Of a DNA stretch of 64,000 nucleotides, positions 41,145 to 49,858 are shown piece after piece (the stretch's first letter is position 1; each line of letters opens with the position of its first letter). Location of the stretch: positions 704,001 to 768,000 of the forward strand of contig CAWAUM010000001.1 of NCBI GenBank assembly GCA_963785235.1, in the 5' to 3' direction. Made by a program: the position numbers and the translations under genes. Under the pieces are notes generated by a model. That model had not been told where the DNA came from. It did not search any database and saw only the letters and a list, made by a program, of their open reading frames with translations. This stretch comes from an uncultured delta proteobacterium. GTDB taxonomy: Bacteria; Desulfobacterota; Desulfomonilia; UBA1062.

Positions 41145-42698
41145 ATGGAACAACTAGCGTATATAATCGTTGCACTGCTCATAGGCGCAGGTATCGGATT
41201 CGGTGTAAACTTTCTCATGAAAGGCAAGGCCATCAGTGATGCAAATGAAGAGGCATCACGCAAAATCGAAGATGCCCAGAAAAAGGCGGCAAACATAATT
41301 TCCGATGTGCAGCTTGAGGCAAAAGAGATTATTTTCGCGGCAAAGGCTCAGAGTGATGCCGAGTCCAAAGAACGTCTCAAAGAAGTATCCGCTATAGAAA
41401 AACGGATTCACCAGCGGGAAGAGTTGATTGACAACAAGCTTACCCAGTTCGATAAACGAGATCAGGAGATCAAAAAGAACGAACAATCCATAGCTGACAA
41501 GACAAGGAACCTTGAGGCCATAAAGGCTGAGGTGGAAAGTCTCAAGAACCAACAGGTACAAAAACTCGAGGAGATCAGCGGCATGGACTCCAAGCAGGCC
41601 AAGGAGGCGCTCATGCAGTCTCTGGAGAGTGAGGCCAGGCATGAGGCGGCAAAGCTCTTGAAGCAGATTCAGGATGAGGCCGAAGCGGAGGCGGACAAGC
41701 GGGCCAAGAGGATCCTGGCGACCGCCATACAGCGTTATTCCACCGATGTCGTGAGCGCACGGACCGTCTCGGTGGTGAACCTGCCGAGCGAGGAGATGAA
41801 AGGCCGTATCATAGGCCGCGAAGGGCGCAACATCCGCTCCATTGAGGCGGTAACAGGCGTTGACCTCATCATTGACGACACGCCCGATGCCGTTATCATC
41901 TCGAGTTTTGACCCGATCAAGCGTGAGATCGCACGGCTCTCCCTGGAGACCCTTGTCGTTGATGGAAGGATTCATCCCTCCCGCATCGAGGATGTGGTGG
42001 AGAAGGTAACCAAGGAGATGAATGACAATGTCTGGGAGGCCGGCCAGCAGGCTACCTTCGAGCTCGGACTGCATGGGATAAATCCGGAGCTCATCAAGCT
42101 TATAGGCAGGCTGAAATACCGGACAAGTTTTTCACAGAATGTATACCAGCACTCCCTCGAAGTAGCCCATTTATGTGGCATCATCGCTGCGGAGCTGGGC
42201 GTAAACCAGAAGAATGCCAAGCGCATTGGCCTGCTCCACGATATCGGCAAGGCAGTGGATCATGAGGTTGAAGGTTCGCATGCCATCATCGGGGCCGATA
42301 TCGCCAAACGTTATGGCGAGTCGGTCAAGGTAGTTGAAGCCATTGCCTCACACCACAACGAGTCCCCGGTCAATTCGGTCTATGGATTTCTGGTCCAGGC
42401 CGCTGATTCGCTTTCTGCCGCACGTCCCGGTGCGCGCCACGAGATGCTGGAAAATTATGTCAAGAGGCTTGTGGAGCTTGAGGGCATTGCGACCTCTTTC
42501 GATGGGGTTGCCAAGGCCTTTGCCGTCCAGGCAGGCCGGGAGGTTCGCATCATGGTGGATGTGGACAAGGTCAGCGACGATGGTGCTGATCGTCTTGCGC
42601 AGGACATCACCAAGGCCATTGAGGAGAAACTCACCTATCCCGGCCAGATCAGGGTGGTGGTGATCCGCGAGAGCAGGGCAATCAGGTTTGCAAAATAG
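41145..42698 (+). CDS. rny: Ribonuclease Y
   Basis: N-terminal TM, coiled coil, KH motif MKGRIIGREGRNIR, HD motif GLLHDIGK, AADSLSAARPGAR. Confidence 0.97.
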   Translation: MEQLAYIIVALLIGAGIGFGVNFLMKGKAISDANEEASRKIEDAQKKAANIISDVQLEAKEIIFAAKAQSDAESKERLKEVSAIEKRIHQREELIDNKLTQFDKRDQEIKKNEQSIADKTRNLEAIKAEVESLKNQQVQKLEEISGMDSKQAKEALMQSLESEARHEAAKLLKQIQDEAEAEADKRAKRILATAIQRYSTDVVSARTVSVVNLPSEEMKGRIIGREGRNIRSIEAVTGVDLIIDDTPDAVIISSFDPIKREIARLSLETLVVDGRIHPSRIEDVVEKVTKEMNDNVWEAGQQATFELGLHGINPELIKLIGRLKYRTSFSQNVYQHSLEVAHLCGIIAAELGVNQKNAKRIGLLHDIGKAVDHEVEGSHAIIGADIAKRYGESVKVVEAIASHHNESPVNSVYGFLVQAADSLSAARPGARHEMLENYVKRLVELEGIATSFDGVAKAFAVQAGREVRIMVDVDKVSDDGADRLAQDITKAIEEKLTYPGQIRVVVIRESRAIRFAK

Positions 42699-42708
42699 AT
42701 TATAATAA

Positions 42709-42788
42709 GGGTCAGGTCTTGCTTTTTGCCTACGATATCCGGATATGGATGTTTCAAGGGAAATAAGGCAAAAAGCAAGACCTGACCC
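42709..42788. repeat. Perfect 23-bp inverted repeat (REP-like palindrome)
   Basis: GGGTCAGGTCTTGCTTTTTGCCT (42709-42731) / AGGCAAAAAGCAAGACCTGACCC (42766-42788), 34-nt spacer. Confidence 0.85.
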
Positions 42789-42812
42789 CTCTCAGAAAGA
42801 AAGGGGAGCATC

Positions 42813-44000
42813 GTGTTCGAACAACAATTAGCTGAACTCAAACGGGGCATCGTTGACATCGTCTCAGAACAAGAGCTCATTGCCAAACTCAAAAAGGGCA
42901 GGCCTCTGAGGATCAAGGTCGGCTTTGACCCGACAGCGCCGGATATCCATCTGGGCCATACGGTGGTGCTCCAGAAGATGAGGCAATTCCAGGATGCCGG
43001 GCATGACGTGATCTGCCTTATCGGAGATTTCACCGGCATGATCGGCGACCCCAGCGGCAGGAGCTCCACCAGGCCGCCGCTCACCAGAACAGAAGTTCTC
43101 GAGAACGCCAAGACCTACCAGGACCAGGTGAAGAAGATCCTGGATCCGGTCCGTACGATCATGAGGTTCAATTCCGAGTGGATGGACAATATGGTGGTCG
43201 CTGACTTTATCAAGCTCACCTCTGTCCAGACAGTTGCACGCATGCTGGAGCGGGATGATTTCAAGAAGCGCTTTGTTGCCCAACATCCCATCAGCATCCA
43301 CGAGTTCCTCTATCCCTTTGTCCAGGGCTATGATTCGGTTGCCTTAGAGGCTGATGTCGAGTTGGGCGGCACTGACCAGGTCTTCAACCTGCTTATGGGC
43401 CGCGAGGTACAGAAGGCCTTTGGCCAGGAGCCACAGGTCATTATGACCCTGCCGCTGCTTGAAGGTACTGACGGTGTCCAGAAGATGAGCAAGTCATATA
43501 ACAATTACATCGGGGTGGATGATGCCCCAGGTGAAATATTCGGTAAGGTAATGTCCATTACGGACGCACTCATGTGGAAGTACTATGAGCTGCTGAGTTC
43601 CAAAACCTTACCCCAGATTGAGAGATTGAAGAAGGCAGTCGAGGCCGGCAGCCTGCACCCCATGGATGCCAAGATGAAGCTGGCATACGAGATGGTGGAG
43701 CGGTTTCATGGTAAAGAACAGGCAGATGCAGCCCTGACAGGCTTTGTGAAGGTCTTTAAGTCCAGGGAATTGCCCGAGGACATTCCTGTGGTCACCCTCA
43801 ATTTGGAAAGGCCGTGGATCTGCGCGGTGCTCAAGGAGGCAGGACTCGTGGCAGGCACATCCGAGGCCAGGCGTATGATTGCACAGGGCGCCGTTCATAT
43901 AGGTGAGGAGAAGATCGCTGATGGTGAATATGTTCTTCCCAAGGGCAGCCATGTCATAAAAGTGGGTAAGCGCAGGTTTGCACGGGTAGAGATTGTTTGA
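42813..44000 (+). CDS. tyrS: Tyrosine-tRNA ligase
   Basis: [30 protein letters not shown]-terminal S4 domain. Confidence 0.97.
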   Translation: MFEQQLAELKRGIVDIVSEQELIAKLKKGRPLRIKVGFDPTAPDIHLGHTVVLQKMRQFQDAGHDVICLIGDFTGMIGDPSGRSSTRPPLTRTEVLENAKTYQDQVKKILDPVRTIMRFNSEWMDNMVVADFIKLTSVQTVARMLERDDFKKRFVAQHPISIHEFLYPFVQGYDSVALEADVELGGTDQVFNLLMGREVQKAFGQEPQVIMTLPLLEGTDGVQKMSKSYNNYIGVDDAPGEIFGKVMSITDALMWKYYELLSSKTLPQIERLKKAVEAGSLHPMDAKMKLAYEMVERFHGKEQADAALTGFVKVFKSRELPEDIPVVTLNLERPWICAVLKEAGLVAGTSEARRMIAQGAVHIGEEKIADGEYVLPKGSHVIKVGKRRFARVEIV

Positions 44001-44050
44001 GGGTCTGAACTTTCGTAATGGTGATTTGAGATGAAATGAAGGGTGTTGGC

Positions 44051-44708
44051 ATGAGAAGAAATACAATTGGTTTTATCATGTTATTCACTATCGGCCTTTT
44101 TTCAGATGTTTTCGGGCAGTCTGCCAAGGACGCAATAATGGCGCTTATGAAGCTTCAGATGAAATGTGAAACAGGCATTTTATACAGCGACTATCTGCCC
44201 GCAATTACCCAGGCAAAGACACCGGTTACGGCATATATTGAAAGCCCTGCATCAAAAAACGCACCGGAATTTTCAGAAGCCCTGAGCAGTGCCCTTGTCG
44301 CATTATGAGCTCGCCGGCAGTATATTTGAATATATGTTTCATGCCGGAGCCGGGCAGCATTTTGTATCAACACAGAATCCAACGCTGTTTCATAAGATAA
44401 GACAAATCTATCCTGAATTGCATATTTATGAAAAGAAAGATGAATCCGGATTCTCTTATTCAGAGGCAATACAGATCATGTGGACAAGGGCTGCATCGGA
44501 AATAGAGAGGGCATCAGAAAAGATACCATCAGTCGCTGTAGAATCAACAACAAAGAATAATGATGAGAAGAATAACTCGGGGCAGATAAATGTCATAAAT
44601 ACCAAATTATCAAGACAGGTCCATGCCCTGAAAAATGAGAATCTAAGGCTCAGGAAACAAAATAAAGAACTCAGGAGAGAGCTCGATAAACTCAAGGGAA
44701 GGCAATAA
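44051..44708 (+). CDS. Hypothetical secreted protein with C-terminal coiled coil; frameshift near 44300
   Basis: Two overlapping ORFs (44036..44308, 44289..44708); signal-like start. Confidence 0.5.
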
Positions 44709-44823
44709 GAACAGGCCGATCTTCCAAAATGATCGTATCTATCGATTCTCTGCAGGCGATTTTAGAAAGGGGAGAACTATTACCCTTTACTTAATGAAAT
44801 TATTATATTAAATCCTTGATCCT

Positions 44824-45381
44824 ATGGATAGAAACACGCTGTCCCTTGTTCCTCTCTGTGCAGCTCTGACGGCTGCCGGAGCACTTATCAAGATTCCGCT
44901 CTGGCCGGTGCCGATAACACTCCAGACCTTCTTCGTTATCCTGTCAGGGATCATCCTCGGCCCACGGTATGGGGCATTGAGCCAACTAGTTTATATCATC
45001 ATAGGGTTACTAGGGCTTCCGGTATTCTCAGGAGGCGGTGGACTTGCATACCTTATGCAGCCGTCCTTTGGGTATCTTATAGGTTTTGTACTATCACCTC
45101 TGGCAGTGGGGAGCCTCGTGAAAAATAAAGCCCTCACCCCTATTTTGGTATTAATGGCCGCGCTTCTAGGTACACTTGTTATCTATAGCATCGGTATACC
45201 CTATCTTGCTGTTTACATGCACTTGGTGCTGAAAAAACCGGATGCAGTAAGCCTGGCTGTTAAGACCGGGGCACTGATCTTTTTGCCCGGGGACATCATC
45301 AAATGCCTTATCTTGGCCCTCATTGTTCCCAAGCTCAAGCTTCAAAGGCATATGCCCTTTAGTTGTATGATCTTGGGATGA
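44824..45381 (+). CDS. bioY: Biotin ECF S component BioY
   Basis: PVPITLQT, GLLGLPVFSGG, PSFGYLIGF, FLPGDIIK. Confidence 0.93.
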   Translation: MDRNTLSLVPLCAALTAAGALIKIPLWPVPITLQTFFVILSGIILGPRYGALSQLVYIIIGLLGLPVFSGGGGLAYLMQPSFGYLIGFVLSPLAVGSLVKNKALTPILVLMAALLGTLVIYSIGIPYLAVYMHLVLKKPDAVSLAVKTGALIFLPGDIIKCLILALIVPKLKLQRHMPFSCMILG

Positions 45382-45398
45382 TGATTATCCTCGATTCC

Positions 45399-46094
45399 TT
45401 ATTGGGCTTTGTCTATAATCTTGAGGAAGCTCTCCCTGAATCTGAGCACTTCGGGTGTGGCCGTTTCAACCTTACCCCAGAGTACTTCTTTGGCTGACAG
45501 CCCCTTTTTCCCGTATAGTGTTGCGGTTGCTGCATTGTCAAGCCGCAATGTGGCCCCCTGGAGGGCGAATCCGGCATTCAGGCCTGAAGATCTTGAGAAA
45601 GAATATATCTCGGCATTGAGACCGGAATCTGTAGTCTCGTCCATGTGTAATGCTATGGTGCCGGCCACGATGGACACGTCTGTTCCCAGTATGACATTTT
45701 TTGTTGCCTTCATCTCCAGTGCCCGGCTTCGTCTGAAGACCAGTATGAGATCAGTGGATTGCAGTCCCATCTGCAGGCCGAAGCTTCCTCCATTGATGTT
45801 AATAAGGGCCGGGTTACCCCACAGGCCGTTTTTTTCCCTGACCATGAGCACGCCCTTGCCGTACCTGGCGCCTACAAAAAAACTGGCCCTGACCATGCCC
45901 GGGATAATTGCTATCCCCTCAGCCTTCTGGAGGAGAATGGACGGTATGGCAGTTTGGGGGGATGCCATGGTCTTTGAAAATGTAAGCAGCGAATCCTGAA
46001 GCCGGAGGGATAGAGCCGGATCTGCTGCTGCAGGGCCTTGAACAGGGAAGAGGATGAGAAGCAGCAGTGACATGAACAACCATAATCGATTCAT
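45399..46094 (-). CDS. Ysc84/SYLF lipid-binding domain protein, secreted
   Basis: Signal peptide; AEGIAIIP, GARYGKG, GGSFGLQMG..STD, YSFSRSSGL.AG. Confidence 0.85.
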   Translation of the reverse strand: MNRLWLFMSLLLLILFPVQGPAAADPALSLRLQDSLLTFSKTMASPQTAIPSILLQKAEGIAIIPGMVRASFFVGARYGKGVLMVREKNGLWGNPALININGGSFGLQMGLQSTDLILVFRRSRALEMKATKNVILGTDVSIVAGTIALHMDETTDSGLNAEIYSFSRSSGLNAGFALQGATLRLDNAATATLYGKKGLSAKEVLWGKVETATPEVLRFRESFLKIIDKAQ

Positions 46095-46230
46095 AGGCCC
46101 TCTCTTTTCCTTAGGTGTTCCATCATGTGAGTACGCAAAGTCTACTAAAAACCAATCCAGGAGTCTATGGATTAAAATGAAGGGTGAACATCAAGTTATG
46201 TAACATACAGGCTTTGTTGATTCAATATTC

Positions 46231-47295
46231 CTAAACATGCTCCGGCGCTTCGATATCTTGTTGAGCAGGAGGCACTTCGGAACCCAGGAGGATTGCGATC
46301 CACCTTGTGGCCGGGAAACCCTCGCATGTTATTTTGAATATCATGGTAAGCGGTACGGACAGCAGCACTCCTACCGGGCCAAGCACCCATCCCCAGAAGA
46401 TTAAAGATAGAATGACCACGAGCATTGAAAGAGAAAGGCCTTTGCCCATAAATATGGGTTCCAGGATGTCGCCTATCACTGTCTTGATAACAATAAATCC
46501 AAATGTCACCAGGCCGGCTGAACCCAGACCCTGGTCGACGAGCGCGAGAAGAATAGGGGGTATGGCAGCAATGAAGGGGCCGATGTTTGGTATATAGTTC
46601 AAGAGGAAGGACATCAAACCCCACAAAATGGCATAATTGACCCCGATCTCCATGAGCCAGAGCGTCACTACGATTCCGGTAGCCAGGCTTATCCAGGTTT
46701 TGAGTGCAATGTACTTCTCCATACTTTGCACGATCCGGTCGATGGTCTCCTGGGTATGTAATGATGTGCCGCACACGAGGACCTTTTTTGAAAAGCCCGA
46801 AGCCTCAACGAGGATGAATACAACCGTGAAGAGGATCAGGAAGGCATAGGTGAGCGCGCTTCCGAGTCCGCTTAAGAGATTGGCAATGATCTCCATGATT
46901 GAACCGGGGTCAAAATACTGGAGGATCATCCTCTCGGAGATGTAGATATGGAAGGTCCTCAGCCATTTAATGATCATAATCATCAGGACATGGATGCGTT
47001 TCTGATACAGCGGCAGCTGTTGAAGAAAATCACTTACCGATGAACCGATATACGCCCCCACACCGAAGATTACACCGAAGATAACAACAAAGATGATAAG
47101 AATTCCAAGAGATGTGGGGACACCTTTTCTACGCATCCAGGAGAACGGTCTGCCGCACATTATTGCTATGAAGATTGAGAGAAGAAACGGCACGATGATG
47201 GCAGAGGCCGCACGCATGCCGGCAATTATGATTACAGCGCACGCAAGGGTAATGATGATTCTGCCATTTTCGAATTTATTCTGGTCAATATCCAT
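46231..47295 (-). CDS. AI-2E family transporter
   Basis: LLNYIPNIGP, LEPIFMG..L.LS, FWGWVLGPVG.LLSVPLT; own promoter TTGACA(47333)-N17-GATAAT. Confidence 0.9.
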   Translation of the reverse strand: MDIDQNKFENGRIIITLACAVIIIAGMRAASAIIVPFLLSIFIAIMCGRPFSWMRRKGVPTSLGILIIFVVIFGVIFGVGAYIGSSVSDFLQQLPLYQKRIHVLMIMIIKWLRTFHIYISERMILQYFDPGSIMEIIANLLSGLGSALTYAFLILFTVVFILVEASGFSKKVLVCGTSLHTQETIDRIVQSMEKYIALKTWISLATGIVVTLWLMEIGVNYAILWGLMSFLLNYIPNIGPFIAAIPPILLALVDQGLGSAGLVTFGFIVIKTVIGDILEPIFMGKGLSLSMLVVILSLIFWGWVLGPVGVLLSVPLTMIFKITCEGFPATRWIAILLGSEVPPAQQDIEAPEHV

Positions 47296-47390
47296 GATGC
47301 TTAGATTATCCCTAATGGTGTCCGGTATGTCAAGAAATGGACATGGGGATATGTATCGAGGCTATCCCGGAAGCTTAGGTGATGGATGGT

Positions 47391-47547
47391 TCCTTATCCC
47401 GGGTTTTGTTTAGAAACCTTATCCGTTTAAAACCTTTATCTTGCAGCCTGGTGTGGAACGCAGATTTTATCAGTCCTTCAAGGCTGCAAGATAAAGGTTT
47501 TAAACGGACCTATTAAAAGAAGCATTACCTTGGTCGTAATGAGCTTC
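47391..47547. repeat. Dispersed palindromic element, copy 4 (core hairpin 47422-47508; flanks inverted relative to the loop)
   Basis: Perfect 28-bp arms TCCGTTTAAAACCTTTATCTTGCAGCCT / AGGCTGCAAGATAAAGGTTTTAAACGGA; loop GTGTGGAACGCAGATTTTATCAGTCCTTCA. Confidence 0.9.
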
Positions 47548-47610
47548 ATACTTAAGGCTACCTGAAGTGTATAGAGTATGAATGGGTACATTCAATTGTA
47601 AAATCCTGGT

Positions 47611-48378
47611 TTATTTCTTAGTAACCGGATTTTTCACAGAACACGGCAGCCCGCAGCAGCACTTGCCGCACACATCAGCATGCCCTTCAAGATGGAACCT
47701 TGCCTCATTTTCAAGGAGTCTCCCATAACATTGCTGCCTGTTAAAGTTGTCTTTCTGCAAGGCACTGCAAGGGCACCTGTCAAGGCAGGCAGAGCATGAT
47801 CCATTATGGAGATAAAGGCAGTGATCACCCTTGATCCTTTCATCCGGTGCCAGTTCAAGCTCAGTCACTATGCTCCCGAACCTTCCTGCGCAGCCCTTGT
47901 CGGTAATCAGCATCCTGTTCAGGCCAAATGTGCCCAACCCGGCGATATAGGCTACATGGCGGTGGGACCATGCGCTCATGAGACTGATAGGGTCGAAGTT
48001 ATGGGTAGCGGGTATGGTGCATGCCCGGTAACCTTTGATGTGAAGGAGTGATTCGAGCCCCTTGTTTATGAGGGTGATCAGCTCATTGGTTTGACCATAT
48101 GCATAAGCCCACTGGGTACTCGGGAATTCCCCTAAGGCATTGCTTGTAACGATTGACTCGGCAAAGGGCAGGAAATAGGCAATTACTGTCCTGGCGCCCT
48201 CAAGCAGGTCTGTGGGTAAAAGGTGACCTTGGTGTGCAGTCTGCTTCAGGTGTTCAAAAAGGGGATCTGCGGCACTTGCATAACCAATGAGCGGGGACTT
48301 CCACAAAACTTTGCCGGATACTGAGGATGGGTGACCGGCCATGACTCCTTCAATCTGTTGACAGATGAAGTCTTTCAT
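47611..48378 (-). CDS. Epoxyqueuosine reductase-like 4Fe-4S protein
   Basis: WSHRHVAYIAGLGTFG, GRFGS, CxxCxxxCP, CGKCC..LPC. Confidence 0.8.
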   Translation of the reverse strand: MKDFICQQIEGVMAGHPSSVSGKVLWKSPLIGYASAADPLFEHLKQTAHQGHLLPTDLLEGARTVIAYFLPFAESIVTSNALGEFPSTQWAYAYGQTNELITLINKGLESLLHIKGYRACTIPATHNFDPISLMSAWSHRHVAYIAGLGTFGLNRMLITDKGCAGRFGSIVTELELAPDERIKGDHCLYLHNGSCSACLDRCPCSALQKDNFNRQQCYGRLLENEARFHLEGHADVCGKCCCGLPCSVKNPVTKK

Positions 48379-48419
48379 ATAAGAATTATGTACCGGTTCA
48401 AAAAGCAGTACCTCTCGTA

Positions 48420-49745
48420 TCAGGGCCTGATTCTTCTGCATTCAACATAATAACGCTTTTCTTCGGCATGGCCCATGGAGAATGCCTTTCTGGGAAGGAC
48501 CCCTTCTAAGATGATGGTCTTGAAGAGATCGTGTTTTGAGAGCACAGGCAGCAGGAAACCTATGGCTCCTGTCTTTGACCCGAGGTCGCGCACCACATCG
48601 TCACCGTGGATATAGTCGATCTCAGCGTCCCGGTGGTCATTGCAATAGACGTCAAGAAAGGACTGAAGACTCCCCACTTCAAGATTCCATCGGGGGTTGG
48701 ATATGAGGATGCGGCCGTGAGAATTCTGGGTTATAAACTCGATCGTATGTGCGTTCTTCTGTTGTTCAAGCTCAGGCTCATCATCAGTGATGACGGATAC
48801 CTCTGAATCCTTAGGCGTAAAGAAATCCGTCATGGCAGCAAAGACGTCATCGCTTTCCACATTAAAGAGTACCCGGTGGATTGGCTCGAATTCAAGGCCT
48901 TTATCGTGGATGTTGACCAGTTCCACCAGTGCAAAACGGGCAGGGTGGCTCATAATGGCCACTTTGTCGTCGGAGCGGTCTTTAATCTGTTCCCAGAAGA
49001 GCTTTGCAGATGCCAGGGAATGGTTGCCGTCGCCTACTGCATACAGAAGCACGTCAGCAGAATCCCTGAGCCCGTACCGATCGCTTAACCGTGCGGGATC
49101 AGCAAGCCGCATGAGGCTTCGGGTAATATCCCGGATCGCTCTTTCATCACCAACATGGTATCCCCTGATATGACCGCCGTTCATCATGAGGTCAAAATCA
49201 TAGAGCTTGGTGAGCCTCCTGCCGAACAGGGGCTCTATGACGGTCATCTCCGGGTCGTCGATGAGCACCATGATGTGCGGCAGCTCGATTGTTGCATTGG
49301 CCCTAATTTTAACGCGCACGGGAAGGCGTTCCACAACGGTCCCTTCAGTGGCCCGGATGAGACACGTAGAACCTTCCTTGAAGTCGTAGTGCTCCAGGTC
49401 CAGGCAGACGAGCAGCCCGCGTCTTATGATGCCCCGGGCTGTGGTGCGCTCGATCAGGACAAAGCCTTCCTTCTGGGGTTCGAGAATGCCTTGTGCAAGG
49501 TAGCTCTCCATGACCTTGCTGATCTTGTCGATCTGTTCATCGTTGTCTGTGGAGTTCAGGTATGCCTCGGGATAGATCAGGCGCAATGTGGAGGGTGAGA
49601 GTCCCACGAGTTCGTCCACCTGCTTCCAGTATTCTCCCTGGGAGGTAAACTGGTCACAGGCAACAACCGACCACCTGGTAAGGTCCGTTCCCTTTCCTGG
49701 CAGGAGTATTTGGGGTACATGCAGGGCTACTGTTTCGAGGCTCAT
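48420..49745 (-). CDS. DUF1015 family protein
   Basis: WSVVACDQFTS, IRATEGT, GDGNHSLA, FEPIHR, DYIHG, LPRK.FSMG. Confidence 0.88.
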   Translation of the reverse strand: MSLETVALHVPQILLPGKGTDLTRWSVVACDQFTSQGEYWKQVDELVGLSPSTLRLIYPEAYLNSTDNDEQIDKISKVMESYLAQGILEPQKEGFVLIERTTARGIIRRGLLVCLDLEHYDFKEGSTCLIRATEGTVVERLPVRVKIRANATIELPHIMVLIDDPEMTVIEPLFGRRLTKLYDFDLMMNGGHIRGYHVGDERAIRDITRSLMRLADPARLSDRYGLRDSADVLLYAVGDGNHSLASAKLFWEQIKDRSDDKVAIMSHPARFALVELVNIHDKGLEFEPIHRVLFNVESDDVFAAMTDFFTPKDSEVSVITDDEPELEQQKNAHTIEFITQNSHGRILISNPRWNLEVGSLQSFLDVYCNDHRDAEIDYIHGDDVVRDLGSKTGAIGFLLPVLSKHDLFKTIILEGVLPRKAFSMGHAEEKRYYVECRRIRP

Positions 49746-49858
49746 GGCCAGCTTCTCCTCTTGGTGAGTGGAATCGTCTGTTGTTGATGTATGCTGATCT
49801 TCATACCAGAACCATCACCGTGCTTGTCAACTGCATTGAGCATGAACGGAGAACTCCA

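Noticed and set aside
42699-42812. T-box leader for tyrS
   Set aside because: Too short, and no T-box consensus or specifier stem is visible.
647-44708. Split ORFs (pgm, TetR, DRTGG, aminotransferase, GAF, DUF4105 etc.) as programmed frameshifts or pseudogenes
   Set aside because: Scattered single-base indels, often at homopolymers and in otherwise intact conserved genes such as pgm; typical of long-read error. No consistent slippery or stimulatory signal.
13961-47508. Hairpin family as a CRISPR array or integron attC array
   Set aside because: Copies are kilobases apart with no repeat-spacer periodicity, no cas or intI gene, and flank core genes. Arms lack the clear RYYYAAC/GTTRRRY box layout.
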